Under the pieces are notes generated by a model. The model was given only the letters and a program-made list of their open reading frames with translations. It did no database searches and had not been told where the DNA came from. A stretch of DNA of 64,000 bases from Antechinus flavipes (Eukaryota): positions 200,322,001-200,386,000 of the forward strand of contig NC_067403.1 of assembly GCF_016432865.1 (NCBI RefSeq). Reading direction: 5' to 3'. Positions 62,501 through 64,000 of the stretch are shown piece by piece. The translations under genes were made by a program, and so were the position numbers. Position 1 is the first letter of the stretch, and each line of letters starts with the position of its first letter.

Positions 62501-64000
62501 AGATGATCCTAATGTGAACATAGTGGGGGCAGGATAGAAGGCTCTAATGATCTTGGTAGGTTCTATCCAATTACTATGTCCAGGGTTCCTCTTGTGCCCA
62601 TGTAGGTTATGTATGCCCTTATGGGTCTGGCTAGATATGGCTTGCAAGGAGGTAATAATGGATGTCTCTAGGGTTTACCTCTAGCCTTCTCTAAAAGAGA
62701 CTGTTCTTGTAGAAAGAGAAACAAAAGTTTGAGACCAGGGGCTGATCATATAACTCGACCTCACTTAAATTCCAATTCAGGAGCAAGTTAAGGCAACACT
62801 TATGGTATCTTGGTCCTCTTTGAAAACAAAGGATGAACAACAATACTACATCTGCCCTCTTTAAAGGGAGTTGCCAGAATTATATCCATCTTATTCCTTA
62901 AATATTGCTACTCTAAGCAAAAAAAAAAAAAAAAAAAAAGTTCAAATTGCTCTCCTGATCACTGAACCGGGTGCCCTAAGCTACATACCTGAGACTTGAC
63001 TACCTTGCTGATAAATGCCAGTCCCACAATTAATTCACATAGATTGCAAATCCATTTATCCAAGTGGACAGCAAAATAGAAATCAGAAAAAGTATACAAA
63101 GGACCATATGTACCACACAATCTAGTCTGAATGAATTTTTTGGGGGGAAGGGAAATAAATTCACTCAACTAAGAGCAAAGAGGGCCAGATCTCACCCAAA
63201 GGCAAATTCCCTGAAGTTTCTAGTGTAGTAAGCTGGGGAAGGGGATATGATCTAGTGCCTGCTCCTTTACATGCTGATATCTTCCTAGAGTTTCTCCCCC
63301 TTCAGAAACTTGAAGAGAGTCTGAAATTAGATTTTCTCCTTTGAAGCTAGAAGCTAGAAAACCAGGATCTTTCTTCTCTCCTGTTCTCACCAACTCCACC
63401 CCTTATGCAGGTGAGTACCAAGAAATTAGTATCCAGTCATGAGGAAAGTTCCGTATAATGCACCCTTGGAACCTAGGGTTACAAGTGAAACAAAGGGATC
63501 ATGGAAATCTTTCTATAATCTTTCCCTCCTCTCTCTCACTGCCCAGGACTGGGCATAATTGTGGATCTAGCTGGTCCAAAGAGAATTTGGTCACAGCTAT
63601 TATGTGTGTGTAGGGTGTGTGTGTGGGGAGGATGACCTCTGGAGCAGCCCCCTGCTCTATATGTCACAATGCCTTCCCTCTCCCCTGGCAGTGTATGTCC
63701 CCAGAATGGCAGGCCCGATAGGGAGGAGGTGAGGAGTGGGGAGGTTGGGGAGGGAGAAGAGGAAAACAGGACTTCACAGTAATGACTGTGTTCCAACAGA
63801 GCTGGCCAGAATTTTGCTTGTTCCCTGTGTTTGGCAAGGATCCTCTCTCTGGGGTCTCTTGGGCTGCTTGCCATGCAGGTCCCAGCTGTCTTGAGTTTAT
63901 TGTTCTCTTCCTAATAACTTTAGTCCTACTCTACTTTGGTTCTGACACTGACACCCATCCCTCACTTCCTCATCAGAGTTCTTGTCTCCCCATCTCTGGT

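Noticed and set aside
63400-63420. Isolated strong donor CAG|GTGAGT on the + strand
   Set aside because: I found no matching acceptor, ORF or partner exon. Single splice-like motifs are common by chance.

Overview
Mammalian genomic DNA, almost certainly marsupial: it carries WSINE1/MAR1-type CORE-SINEs, marsupial-type L1 3' ends and L2/CR1 relics, and has a 160-N assembly gap at 30976-31135. The gene order matches the EBF4-CPXM1 block of human 20p13. (1) The 3' part of EBF4 (+ strand) has 9 internal coding exons at 1982-16563. It has two alternative last exons: DPAFEDSDKF...LAYS* and an EBF1/EBF3-like AMSGLLIPPM*. (2) An intact Camello/NAT8-family GNAT acetyltransferase gene (- strand) has a single coding exon at 24061-24798 (245 aa) and a probable non-coding first exon in a CpG island at about 30.2 kb. 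I know of no such gene between EBF4 and CPXM1 in human. (3) A complete 14-exon CPXM1 (- strand, 40693-50920, 820 aa) has a strongly expanded Pro/Ser/Thr-rich exon 1. (4) A two-exon gene that I assembled by hand (+ strand, 52688-53756, 221 aa) has a (Gly-Asp)n acidic tract and a C-terminal hydrophobic hairpin, and lies where human has C20orf141/TMEM239. There are two GC-rich minisatellites (75-bp and about 37-bp units), and the rest is old and young retroelements. No prokaryotic features, CRISPR arrays or RNA genes are supported. All comparisons to other species are from memory and need database confirmation.
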